The notes: a model not told the origin generated them from the letters alone. A DNA stretch of 63,953 bases, filler included, from Licmophora abbreviata (GCA_900291995.1; 9 parts of 9 records of this genome joined end to end with filler, not necessarily neighbours in it); one strand, 5' to 3'; numbered from the whole stretch's first letter, positions 36,517 through 46,761 are shown. Made by a program: numbers and translations.

Positions 36517-37126
36517 CTAGAGGTAGCTCATGAGGGTGCTCGCACCCCCCGCATTGAGAACATTTTGATATCCTTGCCTCTCGAGGATTTCCTTGGCCTT
36601 ACTGGCACGCTTCCCGGAGGCACAGTAGAGTAGTACCGGTGCTGTGGCGACCACAGAACCATAACAAAAAGTATTGTGTGAGCAGGTTTGCATACACCTT
36701 TCTACATGAATGCAGCATGACTATTCGCTTACCTTGTTTATTCGGAAGCAGTGTGTCCGCATCGCTAGTCAGCAATGGACAGTCAAAGGGAGACCCCGGG
36801 GCGTTGACCCAAGCGTGTCCCTGTACCTCCACTTTTCCACTGCTACTGATTTCACCCTCGCTACGAACATCCACCAGGATACAATCAGGATTCTTCAAGG
36901 CTTTCTGGACATCATCTCTGGAAGCAAGTGTGGGAGCACCGAATAGATCGGAGAGAAACGATAAATGGCGATGCTGCTGGAGACTAGAAGCGCGTTGATG
37001 AGACTGGGAGGCGACGAGTCCGTGCAATGTTCGAGCGTGAGGGTTGTTCGCGACAAAGGACGTCGCAGCCTTGGAGAGTAGGAGGCTGCTTCCGACGAAA
37101 CAGACTTTCCGAGAGGAGGAACGCAT
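36517..37126 (-). CDS. Single-domain rhodanese/sulfurtransferase, probably plastid-targeted; intron 36642-36732
   Basis: ILVDVRSEGE; spliced exon 2 gives APVLLYCASGKRASKAKEILERQGYQNVLNAGG (active-site Cys loop); signal + ATS|FV presequence. Confidence 0.9.
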
Positions 37127-37230
37127 GCTTGTAGATGCCAGCGTGTATGAAAAAGTGAGCATGATTGAGAGCATTTGTAGCGAAGAAAAGAGAAGGAAAC
37201 AGCCTTTTGTCGGCGCGCTTCGGAAAAAAG

Positions 37231-37243
37231 TTTGGCGGGAAAA
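37231..37243. promoter_or_regulatory. E2F-like element TTTGGCGGGAAAA upstream of the rhodanese gene
   Basis: Matches TTTSSCGS on both strands, ~105 nt upstream of ATG 37126; function inferred only. Confidence 0.3.
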
Positions 37244-37309
37244 CATGCAAGCGGAGAAACGATAAGCGAGCTTTTCAGTCGGTATCTTTCTGAAGATTTC
37301 GTATAGACT

Positions 37310-37409
37310 NNNNNNNNNNNNNNNNNNNNNNNNNNNNNNNNNNNNNNNNNNNNTTAATTAATTAANNNNNNNNNNNNNNNNNNNNNNNNNNNNNNNNNNN
37401 NNNNNNNNN
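37310..37409. other. Artificial scaffold gap/linker
   Basis: 44N-TTAATTAATTAA-44N. Confidence 0.98.
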
Positions 37410-38602
37410 ACCCGAACACAGCGACACTGGCAAACTTCATCATCACAGGAAGGATTCTCGGCTAGAATCGCTGTACCATTGAAGATAGGATCAGTGCCGA
37501 CGCTGTCACCATCTAGTCCGCTATGTCGTGTTGGCGACGGGATATCCTCGAGGCCCTTGATAAGAGTGTGGTTGTAGAATGTATCGTCCAGTGTCGGATC
37601 TGATTCCTTCTGAACCGTAAGTGTCACCAAAGCTTCGTCGAGAGAAGAATAACGAGTTGCATTGAGCGGGCGCCGGGCCCAAATCATCTCGTCCTCCTCC
37701 AGAGTTTCTGCCTCGCCCTCACTTATATTGAACGCATCGAAGTACAATCCATCAAGCTCATCACTTTGTGGCGATACACCCTCAAATCCTTCCCCAAGCC
37801 TGCGAACGTAAGAATTCTTGTCAAGAGCCTCGCTAAGACCCTGGCCCATGCGGCTGATAAAGAAGGCCTCTCCCCTGCTGTCCGAAACACCGTATGGAGG
37901 AATGTTCCTTCCCTCGTATGTGCAACTGTGACGATGCCCCATTTGATGAAGCACTTCATGGAGGATAGTTCCAGCCACCTGATCAGAAACGACGTGAATC
38001 CTGCGTGTGCTGGAGCCGCTCACATCATTCCAGGTAGAAGTCAAGTACCTGATGTTGATTTCAATATTTGCTTCACCATTCCAGCGGTCATTATCTGATT
38101 CAAGATTTCCGACACAAGCACGTCCAGACTCTTCTGGATCAACAGAGTACGGACGAATGTTGACAGTAGGCCACATTGCCGTCCACTGCAGGTCCTCAAA
38201 GTCGTCCCAGGACTCGGACACAGAAGCTCCGCAAAATATCATGGTAGACACTCGAGGGCTCATATTCCAGGCATAGTGCCGGACGTCAGAGTCACGAATG
38301 ATACCGGAAATCTTCCGGAGAGCTTCGCGGAGGATCATTTTGTCCCAGTCGTCAAAGTTATATGTTCGATAATTACAGTGTTGTTCCCTCTTTACGCAGT
38401 TTCCTAAGAAGTAGCTGACACAGCGACTTTCGCACAAGTTTACTGAGCCGCCACATTGGGCGGCATCCGCCACCTCCCGGTATTGACTAAGAATTCGATA
38501 GGGGATGACTGGGCCGGCCGAGGCAAATAGGGAACCAACCAAGAAGCTTATCGACGCCCTCAAAAGGAGGGAAGAGGGAGAGAAGCAGAACTTAAATGCC
38601 AT
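37410..38602 (-). CDS. Secreted zinc metalloprotease-like protein, 3' end lost in gap
   Basis: Signal peptide (..SFLVGSLFASA|G), Cys-rich N-terminus, AGTILHEVLHQMGHRH = HExxHxxGxxH zinc motif; no intron needed in the visible part. Confidence 0.75.
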
Positions 38603-38647
38603 TGCGTTGTGTTTCTTTTGCAAGATGGTAAAATTGTGAGAAGTGTG

Positions 38648-38697
38648 GCCTCATTTGCCTCACTCTTGCCTCACTCTTGCCTCAATCTTGCCTAATC
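38648..38697. repeat. Minisatellite, ~11-bp unit GCCTCACTCTT, about 4.5 degenerate copies
   Basis: gcctcattt gcctcactctt gcctcactctt gcctcaatctt gcctaatc, immediately upstream of the metalloprotease start. Confidence 0.85.
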
Positions 38698-39286
38698 AGT
38701 CATCTTTAAGAGCGATCTTGCATAAGATTGCTCAAGCAGAGCCTTGTAGCAAAGTATGTAGCAAAGACAAGACTGAACCGCGACCCTGTAAGTTGGGTTA
38801 TGAGCGCAATCTTCATCCGCTCAGGAGATGCAAATGTGCTTTAGCGGGGTCTTGCCGTGCCGTAACACATCTGCTCGGAAATATGTAGATCAGAAGGTAA
38901 AGAGAGGAGGCAGGGGCCTCATAAGTTGACGCAGGACCCTTTTCCTCGGCTGCCGCCCCAGCCCAGGCGCCTCGCGGATGCGCAAACAGAGCAAGAGATA
39001 GCCACAATTTCGCCGTTTGTACTCTCATACAACGCGATACAACGGGCCAAAGCTAGCAAACTCTTCTCTGGCGGTCCCAGACTGGTGACCACGTTTGCAT
39101 ACGTACATGGACCAATCTCGGAATCCTTTTCTTCGTTACTAACGACCACCCCATAGCCGGGGCGGGAGACCAGACAGTCATGCCGGCTTTTGTGTATCGT
39201 CGACCAACATAAATATTCAAGTCAATTTCCCAGAGTAGTCTATCGCCAACATTTCATATATAATATATCATACCTCCCACGTTCGA

Positions 39287-39730
39287 GCCGATGGCTGAGC
39301 CACGACTCGAACGTACTCCGTCGGAAGCCAAAGGGGAATCTTGTGATCCGATAACAATCGGACGCAGTGTATACTTCTGACGACGTTGTACGAAACACTT
39401 CGCAGTATACTGACGATGCATCCAAAGGATCGTGTCCACTCCTTGGCAGTGCTATAGTTTGATTTGGCAGTACGACAAGAGAAGTTCGGACAACAACAGG
39501 CATGCGAAACGCCGAAGCACAAGCAACAGGGAAGACAGGCGCAGCGAAGACTGGATTCGAGACAAGAACGGCGTTCTATTATAGTCTTTTGGCAGTGCTC
39601 TTCATCTCTGTTGTTGTCGTTGTCGCCAGTGCCTCGTTTCATTGTCAAGCTGACGGAATGGAGTGAGGAGTGAGCCATGAGCCACCAGTGATGTGAGTAC
39701 AACATGTATCATAACATGTGAACTGTTTGT
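39287..39730 (-). pseudogene. Truncated duplicate of the 5' end of the esterase gene at 62326-63678
   Basis: Near-identical to 63278-63725 in the same orientation (scattered substitutions, one 9-bp indel); ends before the HGGG and GDSAG catalytic regions; ORF stops at 39268. Confidence 0.88.
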
Positions 39731-40128
39731 CGGGCTACTTTGTGATGACAAATTTTTATCAAGAGCTCGAATCCTCTCTAGTAAAAAGGACGACGAACGA
39801 GCTCGTTTTTAGGGAATTTTTTTCGGAGCCAAAAATGTAAAAATGTCCATCAGTACAAGAAACCAGCGGATATCACTAGTCTGAGAAAAAGAGCAGGGTC
39901 TTGCATGTGACGTCACAACGGATGAGGGGATCCACAGTCTGCAATGTATCATACTTTAGACAATCTCGGGTCGTTTCGCCTCTTCGACGGATCGATGGGC
40001 CCGTGCGGTTGACCAGTGACAAAGGAAGGAAAGGACAAAGCATGCGGGCCGGAAACGAGCAGCCGCAGCACCCTCATTTTCAGTCTTTGACGACCCATCA
40101 TTTTTCCTTTCGTCTCTTTGACGGTTTC

Positions 40129-40513
40129 ATGGATCCGTACGGCTACAGCGGTCACGATAAGAAGGAAACGGCAAAAAACGCGAGCTAGAAAGGGCTATTA
40201 TAACTGCAAAAAACAAACGAGATCTCATCAACGAGGCACATAGGACGATGCGGCAACGGAAGAACGGAAGACGACGCCCAAGATGTTGGAAAAGTATGAA
40301 AGCCGATGCCACGAATCGACATCACTCCGGATGCATCAAGAGTGCCCCTCTCACATCGCATTCCATTGCTGTCGCGTCGAGATGCAGTCGCTTCTCGTTC
40401 GGCATAGCTCTACCCCAGCGGCCGAATTAGCATCCGAAATCTTGGAAAAAGTGTTGTCTTTTCTAATAAATAACAAGAGATTTATCACGAATCGAAACAC
40501 GCAATCTAGCTAA
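40129..40513 (+). CDS. Possible short gene or remnant reconstructed over two -1 frameshifts; C-terminal F-box-like segment
   Basis: MDPYGYSGHDKKETAK / KRELERAIITAKNKRDLINEAHRTMRQR / ERKTTPKMLEKY..ELASEILEKVLSFL; each join needs one extra A in an A run. Confidence 0.25.
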
Positions 40514-40590
40514 GAGTGACAGCTAGCAATGACAATCAACCGCAGCTTCAGACTATACCCATTTAGCTCGAAATGATGGTTGTCTACGCC

Positions 40591-41220
40591 CTAGTCCTCC
40601 GTAGCTATGGCCTCCGCTGAATCAGCTCCCGCGTCTTGTTCAGCCGAAACACTCTTCTCGGACAGCTTGTCGAAATCCTTGTCGTGGTCATCATTGGTAC
40701 CACCAACACCGAAAATGCTCATTCTGCCTACTGACTTGGCTGCTATCTTCTTCTTGATTGGAGATGCTTTTTTCGCCTTCTTCTGTGCGAGTTCCGCCTT
40801 CTGCTCCGCGTCAAACATCTTGGCTTCCTTCAACGCGTCGACACACAAATTGGCCCTCGGTTCCCACGTATCTTCGTCTTGTCCACAGCCCTTCCAGCGA
40901 ATCAAGTACTCACGCTTCCCCTTGCGCCTACGACACCCCACTACCTTGTCCACTTCGTAGTACGTTCCGTCCTTGCCAGCCTCAACAATGACACCCGTCG
41001 TTGCGGCGGTCGTCATCATGTACGGTATCTTCATGGCGCGCTTAGTCTTCGCGCCGACCGTCTTCTTCGTGGCAGTCTTGATCATTTTTTTGATCTTGGG
41101 AAGAGGCATGGTGGAAGAAGATGATGAAGTAGTAGTGGCAGGATGAGGAGACCGTGCCGGTGAAGCTTCTGTATTGCGGGGAGGAGGAAGCTGTACTCCG
41201 GATCCTTGCCATGGCATCAT
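40591..41220 (-). CDS. Small chromodomain protein (~209 aa), no chromoshadow domain
   Basis: YEVDKVVGCRRRKGKREYLIRWKGCGQDEDTWEPRANL; Lys-rich flanks; first ATG at 41220. Confidence 0.82.
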   Translation of the reverse strand: MMPWQGSGVQLPPPRNTEASPARSPHPATTTSSSSSTMPLPKIKKMIKTATKKTVGAKTKRAMKIPYMMTTAATTGVIVEAGKDGTYYEVDKVVGCRRRKGKREYLIRWKGCGQDEDTWEPRANLCVDALKEAKMFDAEQKAELAQKKAKKASPIKKKIAAKSVGRMSIFGVGGTNDDHDKDFDKLSEKSVSAEQDAGADSAEAIATED

Positions 41221-41525
41221 CAGTCTCCACGCGACGACAACAGCTGTCGAGCGAGCCTCGCCACGGCGCGCCTTTTTTGAAGGAATTTGGAATTTGAAAA
41301 AGTTGAAAACCCTAACGACGAACGAGCGGACACGGCCGAATCTCACTTCCTTAGGGGGGACTTCTCGAAATGACGGGATGCTTGTAAGCACGTTCAGGTG
41401 CACAAAGTCGAAGTAGGACCTCTAGTAGAGTTATTTTGATGGGGTAGCGCTGATCATAAGCAGACGCGAAGCAAGCCAATACAAACTGAGCTACTGTGCC
41501 TCGACTGCAACAGTAGATGTGAAAC

Positions 41526-41970
41526 CTAACAATAAAGTGCTAGCACTTCTCCCGTCTCCAAATCAAGTTTCTCGACTGATTTTTGGCCTTTATCATTCTT
41601 CCATTCATATTCTGCACTGTTGAAGTTAATAGAATCCATCTCTCCGGTATCGTACTCAACAACGTGCTCCCTCTTGATTTTGTCAAAATGAACAACTTTC
41701 CCATCGTACCATACCCCGTTGGCACGGAGAAGGTGAAGGCGCTTTCCAAGGATCTTCTCTTCGAATGGAACAATCGGCACGTTATCGTAGCTCCAGTAGT
41801 ATCCGTCTCCCGGCCCGTTGTCCCGACACCACCGACAGACGCAACTGAAGTCTCTCCCTAATAGCTCTTGGATTCCCATTGATATCTATCGGAGTACGTA
41901 AGAAAATCAAAGTCTCTTTTTCTACTTGCTTAGGAATGATAAATGGCGGCACGTTCTGGAGCGATAACAC
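41526..41970 (-). pseudogene. Fragment of a Tudor-like + NUMOD1-like repeat protein
   Basis: Tudor-like ILGKRLHLLRANGVWYDGKVVHFDKIKREHVVEYDTGEMDSINF, preceded by the tail of a NUMOD1-like unit (SCVCR..GYYWSY) and followed by the head of another (KSVEKLDLETGEVLALY-stop); upstream KQVEK is out of frame. Confidence 0.6.
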
Positions 41971-42062
41971 TAATCTTAAAGTACGTGTACAGGCCAGAGT
42001 TCAGACGATTGAAAAAAGGGTTCGCCTATCATCGGGCATCAAAATCAACGAGTTCAAGTCAC

Positions 42063-42533
42063 TCATCGCGAGGAGGATAGATTTTGAGAGCATGTGTGGC
42101 ATAGTTCGTCGACGAACTTGGACTCTCCACACAGGTGGCATATTTCTTCTTGCGAGTGGTAGTCACCCTTGTACACAGATCTAACCACGCTTTGCCAGCT
42201 CGACGGCGATGCGTAAGGTTCGGAAGTCCCGAGCTGCTTCATTTCAAGAACTTGATCCAATGTATGTTCAAAGAAATGATAGGGGCTATCCCCATCGTCC
42301 TGTAGCGGTTGCTGTGGTGCAAACTTCTTGTCCGCCTCGGCGCCAGTGTTGGCGTGCTGACCGGCTAGTGCCGCCGCCGACGGAGGCACAGCCGCCGCAT
42401 CTTCCTTTTCCCACCCGGTCTGCAATGAAACGGATGACAAGTGCGATATTTTTGTCGTAATCATTTGTCTGCACAAGGCGCGACGAGTGAGTAACCAAGC
42501 AGACCTGGAGACGCTGGAAGTGCTCGTCATCAT
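42063..42533 (-). CDS. Hypothetical protein with mitochondrial-type presequence and C-terminal CxxC-x9-CxxC
   Basis: 156-aa ORF; Ser/Arg/Leu-rich acid-free N-terminus; CHLC..CHTC near the end. Confidence 0.45.
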   Translation of the reverse strand: MMTSTSSVSRSAWLLTRRALCRQMITTKISHLSSVSLQTGWEKEDAAAVPPSAAALAGQHANTGAEADKKFAPQQPLQDDGDSPYHFFEHTLDQVLEMKQLGTSEPYASPSSWQSVVRSVYKGDYHSQEEICHLCGESKFVDELCHTCSQNLSSSR

Positions 42534-42665
42534 GGTGATGGGATGTGATGTGTTGTCGGTCTTCGTCTTGAAGTTATTGGATATTCAGTGGCGGTGGGTG
42601 CGGAAAAAATGCGGCACTTTTGGTACATACTCGTAGGAACAGCGACCTCGTATGCGCATGATGTG

Positions 42666-42705
42666 ATGAGTCACGGATTCGCGAATGAGTCATCATTTCA
42701 GTCAT
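42666..42705. promoter_or_regulatory. Cluster of AP-1/GCN4-type bZIP sites
   Basis: TGAGTCA at 42667-42673 and 42686-42692 (perfect ATGAGTCAT), TCAGTCA at 42698-42704, ~135-170 nt upstream of ATG 42533. Confidence 0.4.
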
Positions 42706-42856
42706 GAGCATCCGTTCTTCCAAAATGTTTCATCGACGATCTGTGGCTCTGCGGCTGTCTTTGCCTCTCTTAAGAGCAATTTTGAAATTGTCTCTAGTTG
42801 ACGCATCGCCATGAAAGAATTCGCTAGAGCCAGCAACTCCAATTAACTTAGTTAGC

Positions 42857-44513
42857 TTAGTCGTCGTCGTCGTCGTCGTCATTATCATAATCGCTATCGT
42901 CGTCGCTCATGTCCTCATCCGACTCGTCATCAGCCTCCCACGAGTCCTCATCTTCATCGCTGGACTCGTCGTCAAGCTCATCTTGCTCTAGCTCATCTTT
43001 TCTACCTTCCTTTTCCTCCTTGCTTCCATACAGTTCCTTCAATGCATCGTTATACTGAAAGCTTAGAATGGCTTGTTCAGGTGCCGGCAGAAGACTCAAT
43101 AGTATCGACGGTGGATCATGACACGCATAAAAGGCTTGTTTCAGCAATATCTTGACGGGGCGTGCCTGCAAGACAAAGCATAGTGGGGCTCCAAGCAACA
43201 ACAAGTTCCGAGAAACCAAACTGCGGCCACCGAACAAACCAAAGAAGAGAAACAAAAGGAAATTTCGAACTGTATCGGCCCAGTTCTGAGCGAAAAAAAT
43301 GTGTAGACGACGCGCCGAATCATCATTAGCTGGGTCTTGCACGTCACTGATATAGCACGAACACTACAGCACTCTCAATACTTACAATGTTCAAATTCCG
43401 TTGCAAGGAGACTTTCATGCTGGTGCGTGCCCCGCCCTTTGGTCCTGACCGAACGCGTTGTCCCCGTCGTTCCACTTGTCGTGTCGTCTCACCGGTTGGC
43501 TTTGGTGGCACCTTCCATTCTTCCAATTGCGCTGGCGTGTATTGGGATTCCAGTTGCTGTCGTATTTTCAGCGCTTGTTGTCGTAATGTCACACTCTGGA
43601 GAGATGATCCCATCGTGTCTTGCTCTTCCGCACCTCTACTACTGCTGCCGTCACCACCAACAAGTGCTTGTCCATTGGCATTCATGGCAGCCGCGTTGGC
43701 CGCATAGGCTTCCAACAATTCCATGGTGGACATTTCTACAATCTTGTGCATTCCATCCACTGCAAACTTTGAATCCACAGGCGGTGCGATATCCAGCAAC
43801 AAGACAAGACCACGTGTGGACGGCTCGTCATCGTCATCCTCCTCTTCATCATCTTCAACTAATTCTTGCATGACTTCATCGTCATTCAGTACTTGAGAGT
43901 CATGTACTAACCGCAACAAGGAAACTGGAGGACGGCCTGGCAACTGTCTAGATAGCGTCTGCTTGACACTCCCCACGGTACGACTTGGTGTCACCAGTAA
44001 CTCCATGCTGTGATCAATCAATGATGATGACGACGATGCCTGGCTCGCCATGATGTTGGTTTTGATGGTCACTGTGATGGGTTCGGAGAAAGTCGGTGCC
44101 GTTGTAGCAGCCTCCACAGATGACGCTTCATTGACAGTTTCCTCTTCGCTCTCTTCTTCCTCGTCGCTCTCCTCGTCATCCGACACCCAGTCCGTCGAGC
44201 CTCCTCGTGGCATTCTGAATGCTACTCTGGCGAGGTTGGAAACTTCTTCCGATGACGACAACACTGCATTCTTCGTTTCGAACTTGATCCATCGATTATG
44301 TCTTTGGATTCGACTGCCAACAAGCAGTGATCTTCTACTACTGCTGCTGCTGGACATGATTGTTGTCGCGCTCGTTTTTGTCATGACCAAATCGTTCCCA
44401 AGCGATAACGCCACCACTAGACAACAGAGCGCTGCCGAGGAATAATTCTTGTACAACGACAACAAGAACGACGCTGGTCGATAACGACGATAGAGCCTAT
44501 TTTCAGACGTCAT
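42857..44513 (-). CDS. Ubiquitin-like-domain membrane protein with N-terminal hydrophobic leader; intron 43286-43385
   Basis: Hydrophobic leader (AALCCLVVALSLG), MPRGGS + acidic tract, Ubl fold (ITVTIKT..RTVGSVKQTLSRQLPGRPPVSLLRLVHDSQVLND), phase-0 GTAAGT..CTCAG intron into C-terminal TM segments and an acidic tail. Start codon uncertain (ORF open to 44750). Confidence 0.75.
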
Positions 44514-45102
44514 GGGCAAGCACAAGATAGTAATTATAATTGAGAGAAGAGCGTAGCTGAGCAAGAAGATTGAGTCGATGTACTTTTTACCGGCGTCATG
44601 GTCTGTCGTCAATGTTTTGTTGAAAGTTTGAAAGTTCCACTTGGCGCGCAACAACACAAAGATACTCTCAGCGGGTGACGTACGTACGCAAACTTGCTCC
44701 ATCCATCCATCGCGGATGACGGACGACGGCAAGTCACTGTTTTCTTCCACTTTGGCACTATGGCATCATCAGACTGACGTACCCAGCTGAAGTACCCACA
44801 ACCCCGCGCACACACGATTTATGTAGTCTCAACTAACATGTATTTCAATAGCTTGAAATGTGACATTACCCGCTAGGATGTTGAGAGCGATGAGGGCCTT
44901 TGGTTGTGGAAAGTGATGGTAGCGGGTGTCGGCACCCAAAATCGAAAGATCCAAAAAACGAACTCCTTCGCTTATCATTGATGTTGATCGCATCAGTGCG
45001 GTGTATTGTATCTTGCCCAGTGTTGAGCGTACGACCCAACGTGTGCCCCCCTTTTCTCTTTTGCAAAGTAGCGCAAGCCTCTTGATCCAAAGTCTCAATA
45101 GG

Positions 45103-46761
45103 ATGGACCGACGACGCTTCCTTCTAGTGACGCTTCTCGTTGTAGCTGTTACTCCGCGCACCACGACGGCATGGACGACGCCGCGTCCCCCTGCGACCAA
45201 GAAGCCAACCGCAGCAGCTGCTGCAGTTTCGTTTCCCAAACGACAATTCGCGGAATTCCAAAAGCAGGCACTGCAAGTGGTGCTTGCGACGGGTCTCTTG
45301 ACTGCATCCTCCTTGAATCCTGCCTTTGCCGAAGACCTCACTGCACCTCCCGCTGCAGAAGCGAAGCCTCCGCCAACCTCCGTTCAATTCAACGTCGAGA
45401 CCAAGTCTCTTGCCAAGTCCATTGAAGACTCACAGGGACAGCTGAACTCGGCCGTGGCCACTGCCGTCAAAGCTGTGCCGTCCGACAAAATTAAGGTGAC
45501 TGCGCCCGAGGGAAAAGAGGGTGATGCCGTCCGACAAGCCTTGGCTGCCAAGCCTGAAGAAAAACCAAAGGCGCCGGAAGCTCCGGCCAAGGCGGAAGNN
45601 NNNNNNNNNNNNNNNNNNNNNNNNNNNNNNNNNNNNNNNNNNTTAATTAATTAANNNNNNNNNNNNNNNNNNNNNNNNNNNNNNNNNNNNNNNNNNNNAC
45701 CACAAAAGGTGGAAGCCGCTCCTGTCGCTGCCGCCAAACCTGCGGAACCACAAAAAGTGGAAGCCGCCCCTGCCACCAAACCACCGGAACCCAAAAAGGT
45801 AGAAGCCACTGCTGCCCCTGCCACCAAACCACCGGAACCCAAAAAGGTAGAAGCGAAAAAGCCGGAACCCAAGAAGGAAGCACCAAAGAAGTCTGCGGTG
45901 GCAAAAACTTCGTCCTCCTCGCCAGGAGAATGGTTCAAGAAGACTGCCTTTACCTACAAGCTGCCAGCTGCAAAGGGCGATAAGGATAAAACAGAAAAGG
46001 TTACGAATGGTCAGGTAGCCGTGGTGGGTGCTCTCGGCTTGGGTGCTGCCATTGCAATCAGTGCCAACCAATACGACTATGATGAGTGGTACGAAGGGGA
46101 AGAAGAGGGATGGGTCGAGGACACCAGACGGGAGATGAGAGCGAACGCAGCTGCCGCCGAGGAGAGGGCCGCCGTCGCTCAGGCAGCCAGGCCTGCGGCC
46201 CCTTGGATGACGGGAGGCGAAGCAAACGAAGCGTCCTATTCGGATTACTATGATGGGTCCGATTCGAATGGTTCTTCCGAAGCGCCATGGATGACGGGGG
46301 GCGCACCGCCTGCTCCGACGGGCGGTCGCAGTGTAGAGGTTTCCTCCGGAGCACCGTGGATGACGGGCGGCGCGCCTCAGGCGATCGCGGATACCTGGAG
46401 AGACCCTAATGTCGCCGATGAGTCGTATGAATATGGAGAGGAGTACGAGCAAGGCTACGAGCAGGGTTATGAACAGCCGTATGACCAAGGTTATGAAGAG
46501 GGTTACGATGAGCAAGGCTATGAGCAGGGTTACGACCAGCAGCAGTATGAACAGCCGTTTCAACAGCAGTACGAACAGTCCGGCCAAGGTTATGAACAGC
46601 CCAGCCAGGGGAACGAGCAGCCAGGCCAGGGGTACGACCAGGGCTACAATAACCCAAACACCGTTACTCCAAATAGTTGGATGCCTCCGAGTGGTGGTGA
46701 TCGACGGGCAGGCCAAGCTGATCAGGGTAGGAGTGGAAGGTCGTACTTGGACTCGCTGTGA
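45103..46761 (+). CDS. Plastid/thylakoid-targeted single-pass low-complexity repeat protein, spanning the gap at 45599-45698
   Basis: Signal (FLLVTLLVVAV..TTA|W), transit peptide, lumenal transfer peptide (VVLATGLLTASSLNPAFA|E); K/P/E/A repeats on both sides of the gap; TM (VAVVGALGLGAAIAISA); APWMTGG x3; GYEQ repeats; C-terminal SYLDSL. Confidence 0.78.
45599..45698. other. Artificial scaffold gap/linker inside a coding repeat
   Basis: 44N-TTAATTAATTAA-44N, flanked by the same type of KPxEP repeat. Confidence 0.98.

Noticed and set aside
38648..38697. Short direct repeats as a CRISPR-like array
   Set aside because: Units are contiguous with no spacers; eukaryotic context and no cas genes.
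40591..41879. Chromodomain or NUMOD1-like motifs as evidence of a chromovirus LTR element or homing endonuclease
   Set aside because: No integrase, RT, RNase H, LTR, GIY-YIG or HNH motifs nearby.
45643..46716. 357-aa antisense ORF and other long overlapping ORFs (17093-17860, 15051-15797, 53532-54281, 4081-4746)
   Set aside because: Shadow frames of well-supported genes, favoured by low-complexity repeats; no recognisable motifs of their own.
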